Source: an uncultured Methanomassiliicoccales archaeon (GTDB lineage Archaea > Thermoplasmatota > Thermoplasmata > Methanomassiliicoccales > UBA472). From it: a stretch of 64,000 nt of DNA. Position 1 is the first letter of the stretch. Every line of letters begins with the position of its first letter. Made by a program: the position numbers and the translations under genes. Location: the NCBI GenBank assembly GCA_963695345.1, contig OY968769.1, positions 1,760,001-1,824,000 on the forward strand, written 5' to 3'. Below, piece by piece: positions 19,531-30,147 of the stretch. The notes beneath the pieces are model-generated. The model did not search any database and was not told where the DNA came from. It worked only from the letters and a program-made list of their open reading frames with translations.

Positions 19531-21896
19531 GAGGCTGGATCATCGATTGCTACGCCGACACCAAGGACGATTCCATGGTGCTGTGGCTGTGGACGGCCCA
19601 GGGCGTCCGGAAGATCGTGGACAGGAAGTTCCGACCGGCCTTCTTCGTCTGGGCCCCGGAGGAGAAGATGGCCGACCTGCGCTCCGGGCTGCGCATCGCC
19701 GGCATCGGCGAGCAGACGGTGGAGAAGCACCGGACCTGGCTTGGGGAGAAGAAGCGGGACGTGGTGAAGATCGTGCCGGACTGCTATCTGTCGATGATGC
19801 CCACGGCGAAGATGATCGACCGCTGGGGACTTTACCGGGACTATAAGCTGTTCAACGTCGACTTCCGCATGGACCACCGATACTATCTGGCGCACGGGAT
19901 ATTCCCCATGGGCCTGCTGGACACGGGAGATGGGTACCGCCACCTGGACCAGCCGTACCGGCTGGACTATCCCATACCGGACCTTAGGGTGATGCGCCTG
20001 GACATCAAGGTCGATGCCCGGAACCGCATACCGACCTATGAGGACCCGCTGCGTTCCGCGTCGCTCGCCGGGGATGAGGTGGACGGCACCGAGGAGGACG
20101 TGCTCCAGGGCGTGCTGGAACTGGTGCGCCGCAAGGACCCGGACATCATCCTGACGCAGAACGGCGACAGCTTCTACCTGCCCTACCTCTCGCACCGGGC
20201 GGAGAAATTAGGGATGGAATTCGACCTGGGCCGGGAGAAAGGAGTACGGAACGCCAAGGGCAAGAGCTACTTCACCTACGGCCGCATCGTCTACAAGCCG
20301 CCGGCGCAGAAGCTGCGGGGACGGATACACATCGACGCTGACAGTTCCTTCACCTTCGAGGAGGGCGGACTTTACGGGCTGATCGACATGACCCGGATGT
20401 CCCGCATATCGCTGCAGGAGATGTCCCGGTTATCGCCCGGTACGGCCATCAGCTCGATGCAGGTGAACGAGGCGGTGCGCTGCGGGACGCTGGTGCTCTG
20501 GAAGAAGAACCTGCCGGAGAACTTCAAGACCGCTGGTGAGCTGATCGTCTCGGACCGGGGCGGGTTCATCTACGAGCCGAAGGTCGGCATCCATGACCGG
20601 GTGGCAGAGTTCGATTTCGCGTCGCTCTATCCCAGCATCATGGTGGTGCACAACATCTCCCCGGAGACGCTGCAGTGCGACTGCTGCCCCGACTCCAGAC
20701 ACCTGGTGCCGGAGATAGGATACCGTCTCTGCGAGAGGGGTCCGGGACTGTTGCCCCGGGTGCTGGAGCCGATCGTCCGGCGCCGGATCGCGCTGAAGAA
20801 GCTGTCCAAGGCAGGGTCCCGGCACGCCAAGATATATGATTCACGGGCCAAGGCTTTGAAATGGGTGCTGGTGACCTGCTTCGGCTACACCGGTTACCGG
20901 AACGCCCGCTTCGGGCGGATCGAGTGCCATGAGGCCATCAACGCCTTCGGCCGGGAGATATTGCTTCGCACGTCCGCATTGGCGGAGCAGCGCGGCTTCC
21001 GCGTGCTGCACGGAATCGTCGACTCGCTCTGGCTCCAAGGGGATGGAGACACCGCCGCGTTCTCTACCGACGTGAAGAAGATCGAGAAGATACCGCTGGT
21101 GCTGGACGGCATATACAACTGGATAGTCTTCCTGCCGAACATCACCACCGGCGTGGGCGCGCTGAACCGCTATTACGGGGTGTTCGAGAGCGGCGAGGTC
21201 AAGATCCGCGGCATCGCGCTGAGGAAGCATGACACCACCACCATCGTACGGGAACTGCAGCAGGCGATGCTGGACCGATTGGCCCGGTGCCAGGACTCAG
21301 GAGAGTTCAGGGAAGCGATACCGGAAGTGCTGGACATCGTCGGCGGGTACGTGGAGACGCTGCGCTCCGGCTCCGTGCCATTGGACAAGCTGGTGATACG
21401 GAAGAGCGTCTCCAAGGAGTTGGAAGAGTACACCCAGCACAACGAATCCTTCGAGGCGCTGCAGCAGATGAGGCGCAACGGGTTCTCGGTGCCGCCCGGG
21501 GAGGCGATAGAGTATGTCGTGCTGGCCGGTGAGGAGCGGGTCAAGGTGGCCAAGTTCCTGGACGGTGACGAGAGATACGATCCGGAGAAATACGTGGAGC
21601 TGTCGCTGCGGGCCGCATCGGAACTTCTGGTGCCGTTCGGGTACGACATCGCGACGATGCGCACGATGTACTCAGATGAAAAGGGGCAGCGGGCAGCACA
21701 GCAGTCCCGCCCAGCACACCAATCGGGCCTTGCGGGGATCGCGCCAGCGGAACTGGAAGGCAACGAGGCGGAACCGTTCGTCCACCAGACGGACCTCTTC
21801 GCCGGACAGACCGTCCAGGAGTATGTGGCACAGGGCGCCGAGGGCGGGGAGGAACAGTACGGTCCCTTCGCCGGTGAGTCCGGCGAGGACGGTTGA
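19527..21896 (+). CDS. Family B DNA polymerase, PolB2 group
   Basis: DFASLYPSIM, KWVLVTCFGYTGY, HGIVDS in place of YGDTDS; degenerate Exo I/II (DIK, NGDSFY). Confidence 0.92.
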   Translation: MRGWIIDCYADTKDDSMVLWLWTAQGVRKIVDRKFRPAFFVWAPEEKMADLRSGLRIAGIGEQTVEKHRTWLGEKKRDVVKIVPDCYLSMMPTAKMIDRWGLYRDYKLFNVDFRMDHRYYLAHGIFPMGLLDTGDGYRHLDQPYRLDYPIPDLRVMRLDIKVDARNRIPTYEDPLRSASLAGDEVDGTEEDVLQGVLELVRRKDPDIILTQNGDSFYLPYLSHRAEKLGMEFDLGREKGVRNAKGKSYFTYGRIVYKPPAQKLRGRIHIDADSSFTFEEGGLYGLIDMTRMSRISLQEMSRLSPGTAISSMQVNEAVRCGTLVLWKKNLPENFKTAGELIVSDRGGFIYEPKVGIHDRVAEFDFASLYPSIMVVHNISPETLQCDCCPDSRHLVPEIGYRLCERGPGLLPRVLEPIVRRRIALKKLSKAGSRHAKIYDSRAKALKWVLVTCFGYTGYRNARFGRIECHEAINAFGREILLRTSALAEQRGFRVLHGIVDSLWLQGDGDTAAFSTDVKKIEKIPLVLDGIYNWIVFLPNITTGVGALNRYYGVFESGEVKIRGIALRKHDTTTIVRELQQAMLDRLARCQDSGEFREAIPEVLDIVGGYVETLRSGSVPLDKLVIRKSVSKELEEYTQHNESFEALQQMRRNGFSVPPGEAIEYVVLAGEERVKVAKFLDGDERYDPEKYVELSLRAASELLVPFGYDIATMRTMYSDEKGQRAAQQSRPAHQSGLAGIAPAELEGNEAEPFVHQTDLFAGQTVQEYVAQGAEGGEEQYGPFAGESGEDG

Positions 21897-22082
21897 TATG
21901 GGCAGAATGAGCAGCAGATAGGGCGAATGCAGGAAACGGTCGTGCCGGACCGACGGCGAGAGCGTCCGGTCCAGGTCGACAAGGATGGCGACAACGACCG
22001 ACAGGAATGCCAGCGGCAATGGCAGACCGAGCGATCGGAGCAGCGTCCCCGAGACCGAGAAGGCGAGGCCGGCATGGTACAA
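21672..22082 (-). CDS. Membrane-bound metal-dependent hydrolase (YdjM/DUF457-like)
   Basis: N-terminal H, VDLD, HDRFLHS, HILLDG motifs with TM segments; TTG start. Confidence 0.7.
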   Translation of the reverse strand: MYHAGLAFSVSGTLLRSLGLPLPLAFLSVVVAILVDLDRTLSPSVRHDRFLHSPYLLLILPISTVLAGLTGEGTVLFLPALGALCHILLDGLSGEEVRLVDERFRLVAFQFRWRDPRKARLVCWAGLLCCPLPLFI

Positions 22083-22090
22083 CGCTTCGG

Positions 22091-23723
22091 TCAGACCAAC
22101 CCCTCCAGGAACCTGGCGAAGGGCAGATCCAGACCGAAGAAGAACAGCGTTATCGGCACCAGCAGGCACCCGGTGAGATGCACCCGGTTCGTTCCGATGC
22201 GGGGCGGGACCATGCCGATCAACGTCGAAGCGATCAGCAGGAGCAGGCCCGGTATGCCGCTCATGAGCAGCACCAGCAGGATCAATGACACCACGATGGC
22301 TTTTGTCATCCGGTCCAGGTCGAGGTCGCCCACCTTGGCCGCGAACAGTCTCCCCAGGCGAAGGGTGATGGCGTAGCCGAGCAGCGCCGCGGCGAACACC
22401 GACAACAGAAGCGCGACCGTCTCTGCGGACGCCACCGACGAGAGCGCCCCGACACCCTCGGCACCGAGCATCTGCTTCACCGCCAGCAGGGCTCCGGTTC
22501 GGCCCTTGCCGGTCACTGCCAGCGCGACGATGCCGAACACCGCCGCGGCTGTGCCCACCGATGAGACCATGGTGATGAACCTCCGGGCACCATCGTCCCC
22601 ATCGTCTCCCCGGCCCGGGTCCAATATCGAGCCGATCATGGTGCCGGTGGTGGAGGTGACGCCCGGGACCCAGCCCACGAACCCGCCGGCCAGCGCCCCG
22701 CCGATGGCGGCCTTGCCGTAGAGGTCCCGGCCGACCTCGGCCGACTGTTTCGGGACCGGTCCGGAGGAGACCGAGGCAAGCAGGGCGGGCAGCCCGAACA
22801 GTCCGGTGAGCAGGGGGAACAGCATGCTTCCATCGGCGCCGTCCCAAACCCCGCCCAATGGCAGCCTCCCGTTCAAGGCAATGAAGCCCAGAAGCCCCGA
22901 TGACATGAGCAGGACCAGGGCGGAGAGCTTTCGGCGGATCCGGTGGCGTCTCACCTTCCATACGCCGTTAACCTCTGCCCTGCCCGCCAGCGTGCCGGCG
23001 CGTGCCCTCACCATCCATTTCCCCTGGGGGTTGTGCAGGATGAACTTCTTTCGGGAGATCCTCTCCAGCCTGCCCCACGCCCTGACCTTCTCCCCCTCCC
23101 GGGGGACCAGAGACGGGAACGCCGATCCGTTCCAGATGGAGGACCGAACCGCGTCGGGCATCGATCGACACAGATATGACCGGGTCATCCCGCTCTCCCA
23201 TCACCAGCAGCACCATGACGATGATGAGGACACCCGGGACGAGCGGTTCGAATCGGCCGTAGAGATCGATCGGACCCGACATGACCACGAACATCGGCAC
23301 CGCCAGGACGATGGCCATACAGGCTCCGGCCAGGCTGCCCTTGGCCGCACAGCTGATGGCATCCAGGCCGTTCCCGGAAAGCAGGAGGCGATGGCCCGGA
23401 AGGACGGAAAGCACAGTGTCCTCGTCCGGTGCTCCCAGGAAGACCGATGGAATGAAATCCACGAAGGAATGCACCACCGAAGCGGAGATGATGACGGAGC
23501 AAACCAGCAGCGGGACGTGAACTGGATCGATGCCAAGCGCCTGGCATGCCGATCCCATCAGGGCGGCTATCCAGGGGTAGGAGACCAGCATGATCAGGGC
23601 CAATGTGTTGACATGGATCCCCGGGGCGATGCCGGTGAACGTGCCCAGGGCCGCCCCGAAGCAGGTGCAGTACAAGACCATCAGGAGCAGTCCGATCTCC
23701 ACGTCCTGTCTATGGAGGTACAT
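22091..23723 (-). CDS. Archaeal TctA/DUF112-family membrane protein (frameshift near 23100)
   Basis: GIAPGIHVN, HSFVDFIPSVFLGAPD, SVLPGH, GWVPGV, RVHLTGCL. Confidence 0.88.
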
Positions 23724-23805
23724 TACGTCATCCAGCCCGCTACAGTCAGCTTTCGCCGAACGAGAGAACGGTTTAAATCCGTTCGGCGGCATTCATTCCA
23801 ATGCC

Positions 23806-24721
23806 ATGACCCCGGTGATCACAGCCATCAACCTGCGTAAGGAATTCGATGAGCTAGTCGCGGTCGCTGGCATCGATTTTTCCATCGAGGAAGGCGAGTG
23901 CTTCGGCTTCCTCGGACCGAACGGGGCGGGAAAGAGCACGACCATGCGCATGATCTACTGCGTCTCGCCCTTGACCTCCGGCACGCTCAAGGTCCTGGGC
24001 ATGGACGTGAAGGAGGACCACCAGCGCGAGATAAAGGCGCTGATCGGAGTGGTGCCGCAGGAGAACAACCTGGATGTGGACTTTTCCGTGCACAAGAACC
24101 TTACGGTCTATGCCAGGTATTTCCAGGTCGATCCGATGGAGGCTTCGAAGAGGGCCGACGACCTGATCGAGTTCATGCAGCTCAAGGACAAGCGGGATTC
24201 CAAGATAGACGAGCTTTCCGGTGGGCTGAAGCGCAGGCTGATCATCGCCCGGGCGCTGATCAACGACCCCCGAATACTGATCCTCGATGAACCGACCACC
24301 GGTCTCGACCCTCAGGCCAGGCATCTCATATGGGAGAGGGTGAGGGAGCTCAAGAAGCGGAAGGTCACGGTGATCCTCACCACCCATTACATGGATGAGG
24401 CGGAACAGCTCTGCGACCGTCTCATCATACTCGACAAGGGCAAGATCGTCGCCGAGGGAAACCCCCGCGACCTCATCGACCGGCATGTCAGCTCCCAGGT
24501 GCTGGAGATGATCCCGCCCTCGGATGAGCTCATCCAGCTGGTCAAGGAAAACGGATGGAACCACGAAAGTTACGCCGACCGGGTGTTCGTATACACCGAT
24601 GACAGCGCCGCCGTCCTCTCCCGAGATCAAGGGCAAGGTGACGCTCGACCGGAGCATCATCCGGAACGCCACGCTGGAGGACGTATTCCTCAAACTGACC
24701 GGCCGGGGGCTGATCGAATGA
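23806..24721 (+). CDS. ABC exporter ATP-binding subunit, NodI-like (frameshift near 24622)
   Basis: GPNGAGKST, LSGGLKRR, ILDEPTTGLD, TTHYMDEA, LEDVFLKLTG. Confidence 0.92.
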
Positions 24722-25503
24722 GCCTCGTCAGGAACATCAGCTGGCGGTCCTGGGATGCCTGGAGGCGGAACAAGGACGTGTTCCTCAAGACCTGGAAGAC
24801 GAACTTCCTCCCGCCCTTCATCGAACCGGTGCTGTACCTTCTGGCAATGGGCTTCAGCTTCGGGGCGGCGGTGACGCTTCCGCCCTACGAGGGGAGGCAG
24901 ATCAGCTACGTGGCGTTCCTGGCTCCCGGTCTGGTCGCCATATCGATCATGAACAACTCATTCTACGAATGCACCTATGGTTCATTCGTCCGCATGCATT
25001 ATCAGAAGACCTTCGACGCCATGATCGCGACCCCGCTGTCGATCGAGGACGTCATGCTGGGCGAAGTGCTCTGGGGCGCGACCAAGGCCATGATCAATGC
25101 CAGCATAGTCCTGGTGGTGATCGCGGCGGTGGGCGCTGCAAGCTTCCCGGGTCTGCTGCTCATTCCGTTCATCGCCTTTTTCGGAGGCCTGTTGTTCTCA
25201 TCGATGGCATTGATCTTCACCGCCATCGTTCCGAACATCGACTCCTACAACTACCCGTTCTTCCTGTTCATAACTCCCATGTTCCTCCTCAGCGGCACAT
25301 TCTTCCCGCTCTCCCTGCTGCCCTCCTGGGCCGCCGTCGGGGCATACGCTTTGCCGCTGACCCATGTCACGACGCTCACCCGTGACCTCTGCCTGAACAT
25401 GTTCACCATAAACAGCGTGATAAGTATCGTCTACATTGGCCTGCTGGCATTGGTCCTGACCTTGGCCGCCGTGTTCATGATGAAGAGGCGGCTGATCAAG
25501 TGA
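24718..25503 (+). CDS. ABC-2 type permease, NodJ-like
   Basis: EPVLYLLAMG, YVAFLAPG, PMFLLSGTFFP. Confidence 0.9.
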   Translation: MSLVRNISWRSWDAWRRNKDVFLKTWKTNFLPPFIEPVLYLLAMGFSFGAAVTLPPYEGRQISYVAFLAPGLVAISIMNNSFYECTYGSFVRMHYQKTFDAMIATPLSIEDVMLGEVLWGATKAMINASIVLVVIAAVGAASFPGLLLIPFIAFFGGLLFSSMALIFTAIVPNIDSYNYPFFLFITPMFLLSGTFFPLSLLPSWAAVGAYALPLTHVTTLTRDLCLNMFTINSVISIVYIGLLALVLTLAAVFMMKRRLIK

Positions 25504-25518
25504 TGGCATGAAAGTAGG

Positions 25519-26077
25519 CTAGTTCAGAACGACCAGCTTCCCGTCCCTCACCTCAACCTTGACCAGCGTCTTGATCTTCACCTCGAGCTCGGCCTCCAGC
25601 TCTTCCTTCCGGTCCCCCTTTTCTATGACCACGATGATGTCGACGATCTCGACACCCATCCGCCGGAAGGCGGTTACCAGGGCTTTCATCGTGCCGCCCG
25701 TCGAGATGACATCGTCCACGATCACCACCCGGTCCCCGGATTTGATGCCGTTGATGTACATCTCCTTCTCCGAGTATCCGGTGACCTGATGGACGCTCAC
25801 CTCCCCGGGAAGCTGGTAGCGCCTCTTCCTGACCACGTTGTAAGGGATGCCCGGTACGCAGGGAGAGAGGGACCGCCAGCGGTATTCCCATAGCCTCCGG
25901 GGCGACGATATAGTCGCAATTGAAATCCCCCATGTTCTGCATCCGGTCGATGATCTCCTTCATCACTTCGGATTCCATGAAGGGGATGCCGTCGGTGACC
26001 GGGTGAACAAAGTAATCGTAATCGCCCATCCTGACGATGGGGGCTGCCTCCAGGCTCCTCCTGAGGTTCTCCAACAT
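25519..26077 (-). CDS. hpt: Purine phosphoribosyltransferase, archaeal Hpt/Apt type (frameshift near 25850)
   Basis: [29 protein letters not shown]. Confidence 0.88.
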
Positions 26078-26185
26078 GTTCGAAAGTAACGACGTTCCGA
26101 CGATTTATAGTCACCCGGAAGGCCGACATGCGCTGATCAGGGCCTGCGAAAGGATTATCGGTTCGCTCCATCGATTGTTCTTATC

Positions 26186-26492
26186 ATGGCCCGGATCAAG
26201 ATAGCCACACTTGCAGACCTCTCAGAGGAAGCAATGACCAAGATCGAGGTGGATGGAAAGATCCATCGTAGTCGGAATGGTGGACGGTAAGCCATACGCC
26301 ATGGAAGGGAGATGCTCCCACATGGGCCAGGACCTTGCCCAAGGTACGAGGGAGGGGCACATCGTCCGCTGCCGCCTCCACGGAGCCGAGTTCGACATTC
26401 GGACCGGCGAGGTGCTGCGCAATATGCAGGCCAGGAAGCTCAACACCTATCCGGTCACGGTCGAAGGGGAAGAGGTCTTCATCGAGCTGTGA
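26186..26492 (+). CDS. Rieske [2Fe-2S] ferredoxin (frameshift near 26260)
   Basis: CSH...CRLHGAEFDIRTG Rieske ligand motif. Confidence 0.85.
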
Positions 26493-26502
26493 GGCTCGCT
26501 CC

Positions 26503-27165
26503 TCACTTGGACCTGGACCAGGCGTCCCCGTCCCGGTGAACCGATCCCTCAAGGGAGAGCTCCAGGAGCGTCTCCCGGATTAGGTCCATGGGCACATCTA
26601 TCGAGAACTGCTCCTTGAACGCGACCTGCACGGCCTCTTCGTTCTTGGTCCGGTGAGGGTCTTGGGCAGGATGGTCCGCAGGTCCTCGTGCAGGTTCCAG
26701 GGGAATATGAACCAGGTCCATTCCTCCTTGGGCACGTTGACGCAGAAGAAGTCGGGCTGGATCTTGGAATGGGCGATGTGCAGCAGGGTGGAGCTCTTCA
26801 GTTCCCTGGGCTTCATCTTCATCAAATGGCCCAATGCCAGGATCAGGCTCTCGCCGGTGTCGGTGATGTCGTCGACGATCAGAACGTTGTCGTTGACGAT
26901 GTCCATGCTCAGCTCCTGGGTGAGCAGGGCCTTCCCGTCCTGGTTGGCGGTGACGCCCCAATGCTCGGTCTTGACCGCGTACAGCTTCTTCACCTTGAGG
27001 TGATCGCAGATCAGCCGGGCCGGGACCCAGCCTCCGCGGGTCAGGCCTATGACCACGGTGGGGCGGAAACCGGTCTCGGTGATCTTCCTGGCCACCGTCT
27101 CGGTCCACTAGCGCGATCTCGTCCCAGGTCACCAGTTTGCATCGGAAGCTCTCGACCTTCTCCAT
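26503..27165 (-). CDS. Phosphoribosyltransferase, xanthine/guanine type (frameshifts near 27110 and 26630)
   Basis: GLTRGGWVPAR, LIVDDITDTGES, WFIFPW. Confidence 0.85.
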   Translation of the reverse strand: MEKVESFRCKLVTWDEIALVDRDGGQEDHRDRFPPHRGHRPDPRRLGPGPADLRSPQGEEAVRGQDRALGRHRQPGREGPAHPGAEHGHRQRQRSDRRRHHRHRREPDPGIGPFDEDEAQGTEELHPAAHRPFQDPARLLLRQRAQGGMDLVHIPLEPARGPADHPAQDPHRTKNEEAVQVAFKEQFSIDVPMDLIRETLLELSLEGSVHRDGDAWSRSK

Positions 27166-27259
27166 ATTAACGCCTCGGTCTAGGGCCACGCTTAGCGGAG
27201 CCAGCGGTCGCCGTTCCGGCAATGGCGTTCCATGGAAAATAGTTTGCCTGACGGGACGA

Positions 27260-28891
27260 TCATTCCTGGACCACGACGTCCACGAAACTCATCCGCTGAG
27301 AGTCGAACAGACCCTTGTCTGATAGCTTGAGCTCCGGTACGACCAGAAGCGCCTGGAACGACATGGTCATGAACGGTGCGGTCAGATTGCACCCCATGGA
27401 GTGGGCCATGTTGACCGCCCTGGTCTCCTCCTCGGCCACGGAATGGCACGGGTCCGTGCTCATGAGGCCGGCGACCGGAAGGCGCATGGACTCGTTCCTT
27501 TCCCCGTCGGTGACGTAATAGCCACCCTGCTCGGAGACCCGGTTCACCACCTCCGCCAGGGACGCCGCGTCCGCCCCCACCGCGATGATGTTGTGGGAAT
27601 CATGGGCCACCGTCGAGGCCATCGCTCCCCGCTTGAGATCGAACCCGGACACGAACGCCACCGACACCGGCGCCTCCTGATAGCGGTTCACCACCGCGAT
27701 CAGGTTGATCCCCCTGGCCAGGTCCGGAAGCACCGTGCCGTCGCTCACCTTGAGGAGCGCGGTCTCGCCCCGGCTCTCGATCTCGTCCGGGATCACCCGG
27801 ATGACCCTCACCCTGGCGCTCGAACCGGTAGCCGATATCCCGAACTCGACCGGCTTCCTGTCCTGTCTGAGGATCGCCAGCGGCGCCTTCAACGGGTTCA
27901 CGGCGAACAGGGCCTTGCCGTCCTTGGCCACCAGCTCACCGGCGATGTAGACCTCCCTCACCTTGAAGTCCTTCAGGTCGTCCACGATGACGATGTCGGC
28001 CGGCTTGCCGACGCTGAGGACCCCGCCGGGCAGATAGTAATGCCATGCTGGCCATGCGGTCACCGCCCGGATGGCGTGGATGGGGTCCATGCCCATGGAG
28101 ACCGCTTTCCGGAGCAGGACATCCACGTGTCCTTTCATCAGGTCGGTCGCCCGCAGGTCGTCGGACACCAGGAAACACTCGTTAGCCTTGGCGAACGGCA
28201 TCAGGTCGCGCATGTTCTTCTCCGTGCTGCCCTCTCGTACCATCACCCACATTCCCAGGTGGAACTTCTCCTCCGCCTCGTCCGCGGTCAGGCATTCATG
28301 GTCCGTCCTGATGCCCGCGTTTATGTACTTGACCAGGTCCGGTCCGACGAGTCCCGGGCTGTGCCCGTCGATGGGTTTCCAGAGGGCGTGGGCCGCCTTG
28401 ATCTTGTCCATGACCTCCGGTTCCCCGTTTATGACACCCCGGTAGTTCATGACCTCGCCCAGTGCCACGAACTGTTTCATGCCCAGCAGTTTCTCTATCT
28501 GTTCCGCGTCGATCCTGGCCCCGGCCGTCTCGAACGCGGTCGCCGGGACACAGGAAGGTGCGGTGTAGAATATCCGCAAGGGCACGGACTCGGAATCCTG
28601 GACCATGTACTGGATGCCCTCCATGCCCATTACGTTGGCGATCTCGTGCGGGTCGGATACGGTCGCAGTGGTCCCGTGCGGGACCACCGCCTCGGCGAAG
28701 CGCGATGGGGCAAGCTGCGAGGATTCGATGTGGATGTGGGCATCGATGAAACCGGGAAGGATGAAATGGGATGGCGCCGAATCCACCTTTTCTACCGCCA
28801 GTACCTTTCCGTCCGCGAAGGACAGCTTTGCCGGGTATATTTTTCCTGAAACCACATCGACGAAGTTGCCCGTGATCGACCTGACATCCAT
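27260..28891 (-). CDS. ade: Adenine deaminase
   Basis: PGFIDAHIHIESS, DPHEIANV, DGHSP, TDHEC, AHDSHN. Confidence 0.95.
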   Translation of the reverse strand: MDVRSITGNFVDVVSGKIYPAKLSFADGKVLAVEKVDSAPSHFILPGFIDAHIHIESSQLAPSRFAEAVVPHGTTATVSDPHEIANVMGMEGIQYMVQDSESVPLRIFYTAPSCVPATAFETAGARIDAEQIEKLLGMKQFVALGEVMNYRGVINGEPEVMDKIKAAHALWKPIDGHSPGLVGPDLVKYINAGIRTDHECLTADEAEEKFHLGMWVMVREGSTEKNMRDLMPFAKANECFLVSDDLRATDLMKGHVDVLLRKAVSMGMDPIHAIRAVTAWPAWHYYLPGGVLSVGKPADIVIVDDLKDFKVREVYIAGELVAKDGKALFAVNPLKAPLAILRQDRKPVEFGISATGSSARVRVIRVIPDEIESRGETALLKVSDGTVLPDLARGINLIAVVNRYQEAPVSVAFVSGFDLKRGAMASTVAHDSHNIIAVGADAASLAEVVNRVSEQGGYYVTDGERNESMRLPVAGLMSTDPCHSVAEEETRAVNMAHSMGCNLTAPFMTMSFQALLVVPELKLSDKGLFDSQRMSFVDVVVQE

Positions 28892-28956
28892 GGGGGAATG
28901 CAGGCATTGTGACGCCAGAAAAAGCTTTTGCCGCGAACATCCGATTAGATGGATCG

Positions 28957-29209
28957 ATGCCATATCCGAGGGAGATCCTGAACCGCCTGAAATGGAAGGA
29001 CGGCAGTCTGGAGGGGGTCAGGGTCACTTATGTGCATCGGGGAGCCCCGGGAGACGTCCTGACGATACCCGGCCGAGGACATCACTCAGCTGGGGCACTC
29101 CTTCTTCTCCACCGCTGACAGCGAGATCCCCTACCATCGGATCGTGTTGATAGAAAGGGGCGGGGAGGTCCTTTTCGATATCAAGGACATTCGAAAAGAA
29201 AGAGAATAG
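28957..29209 (+). CDS. DUF504/MJ1316 RNA-repair (cyclic end recognition) domain protein (frameshift near 29072)
   Basis: REILNRLKW, YVHRGAPGD, IPYHRI motifs. Confidence 0.82.
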
Positions 29210-29238
29210 CACCACCTAGAGGTGGTGAAGGGGTTTGA

Positions 29239-29910
29239 TCACCTGGACTTAGGCTCGTTGCAGTTCGGGCAGGCGTGCATGAAGGACGGGTACTGGACTC
29301 CGCACTTGCTGCACTTGATCATTTCTGTCTTCTGGTCTTCTTCTTCTGCTCGGCCGTTGCCTGGTCCTGCTTTATCCCCTCACGCAGCGTCTGCATCTGG
29401 TCCTTGTTGCGGTGCCTGCTGGTACTGCGGTGCGGGTTGCTGATAGGCCTGCTGATATTGGGCAGGTGCCTGTTGCTGCGGCGCCTGTTGAGGCGGGGCG
29501 ACGGTCGCATTCTGCGGCTGGTACTGTTGGTACTGCGGCTGGAACACTTCCTGCATCCTTACATAGCCGAGGATGAGCAGTATTCCTGGAATGCCTCCGG
29601 CGAAAAGACCGATGATCCCGAGGATCAGCATGCGGTCGCTCGCTTCCTTGAACTTGCCCTGGTCGAGGATGTCGAAGAGCATCCCCTTCAGGAGGACGGC
29701 GAACGCAAATGCGATGATCGCATCGACGATGTAGAGCACTCCCAGGAACCTGTCCCATGTCATCAGGTTGACGATTCCAACGAGTAACAACAGGACTCCC
29801 AGGACTCCAGCGATTATCTGAGCCCAGTAAGCTAGCTTTCTTGCCTCAGCGACGCTTGCGGGAAGCCATGGGGGGCCGACCGGGTTCGCCATGTACGGTA
29901 TTGATGCCAT
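29239..29910 (-). CDS. Membrane protein with Q/P/A-rich linker and C-terminal zinc ribbon (frameshifted in the linker)
   Basis: 3-4 TM segments, QQAPQQ repeats, terminal KCSKCGVQYPSFMHACPNC. Confidence 0.72.
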
Positions 29911-30147
29911 AATCTATGTCTCCCATCTCTAATAATGCCCAGATATTGCACTGGACTATGGATTGCGAAAGGCATTCAGGTATAATGAATGTATCGAATG
30001 GCCGGCGATGCGAGAATAAGTCACCAGAACATGCGGGTATCCATTGGCTCGTTTCTAGACCTATCCAGATGTTCTCATTATTAATCTAATTTACAATAGA
30101 TTTATATATTGAATCCCTTGTACGAAGGAATAACAAAGTGTGAACTG

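Noticed and set aside
23590-25503. 637-aa ABC ATPase-permease fusion in the ORF track
   Set aside because: Artefact of an indel near 24622; the true ATPase C-terminus (LEDVFLKLTG) is in another frame and ends at 24721, overlapping the permease ATG.
27105-27115. Possible in-frame amber (pyrrolysine) codon in the PRT gene
   Set aside because: The CTAG lies at a frameshift and is more simply CAG plus an inserted base; no clean in-frame TAG read-through was found in the genes I checked.
29400-29545. Repetitive CAG-rich DNA as a repeat array or CRISPR
   Set aside because: It encodes a low-complexity Q/P/A/Y linker, with no constant repeat-spacer period.
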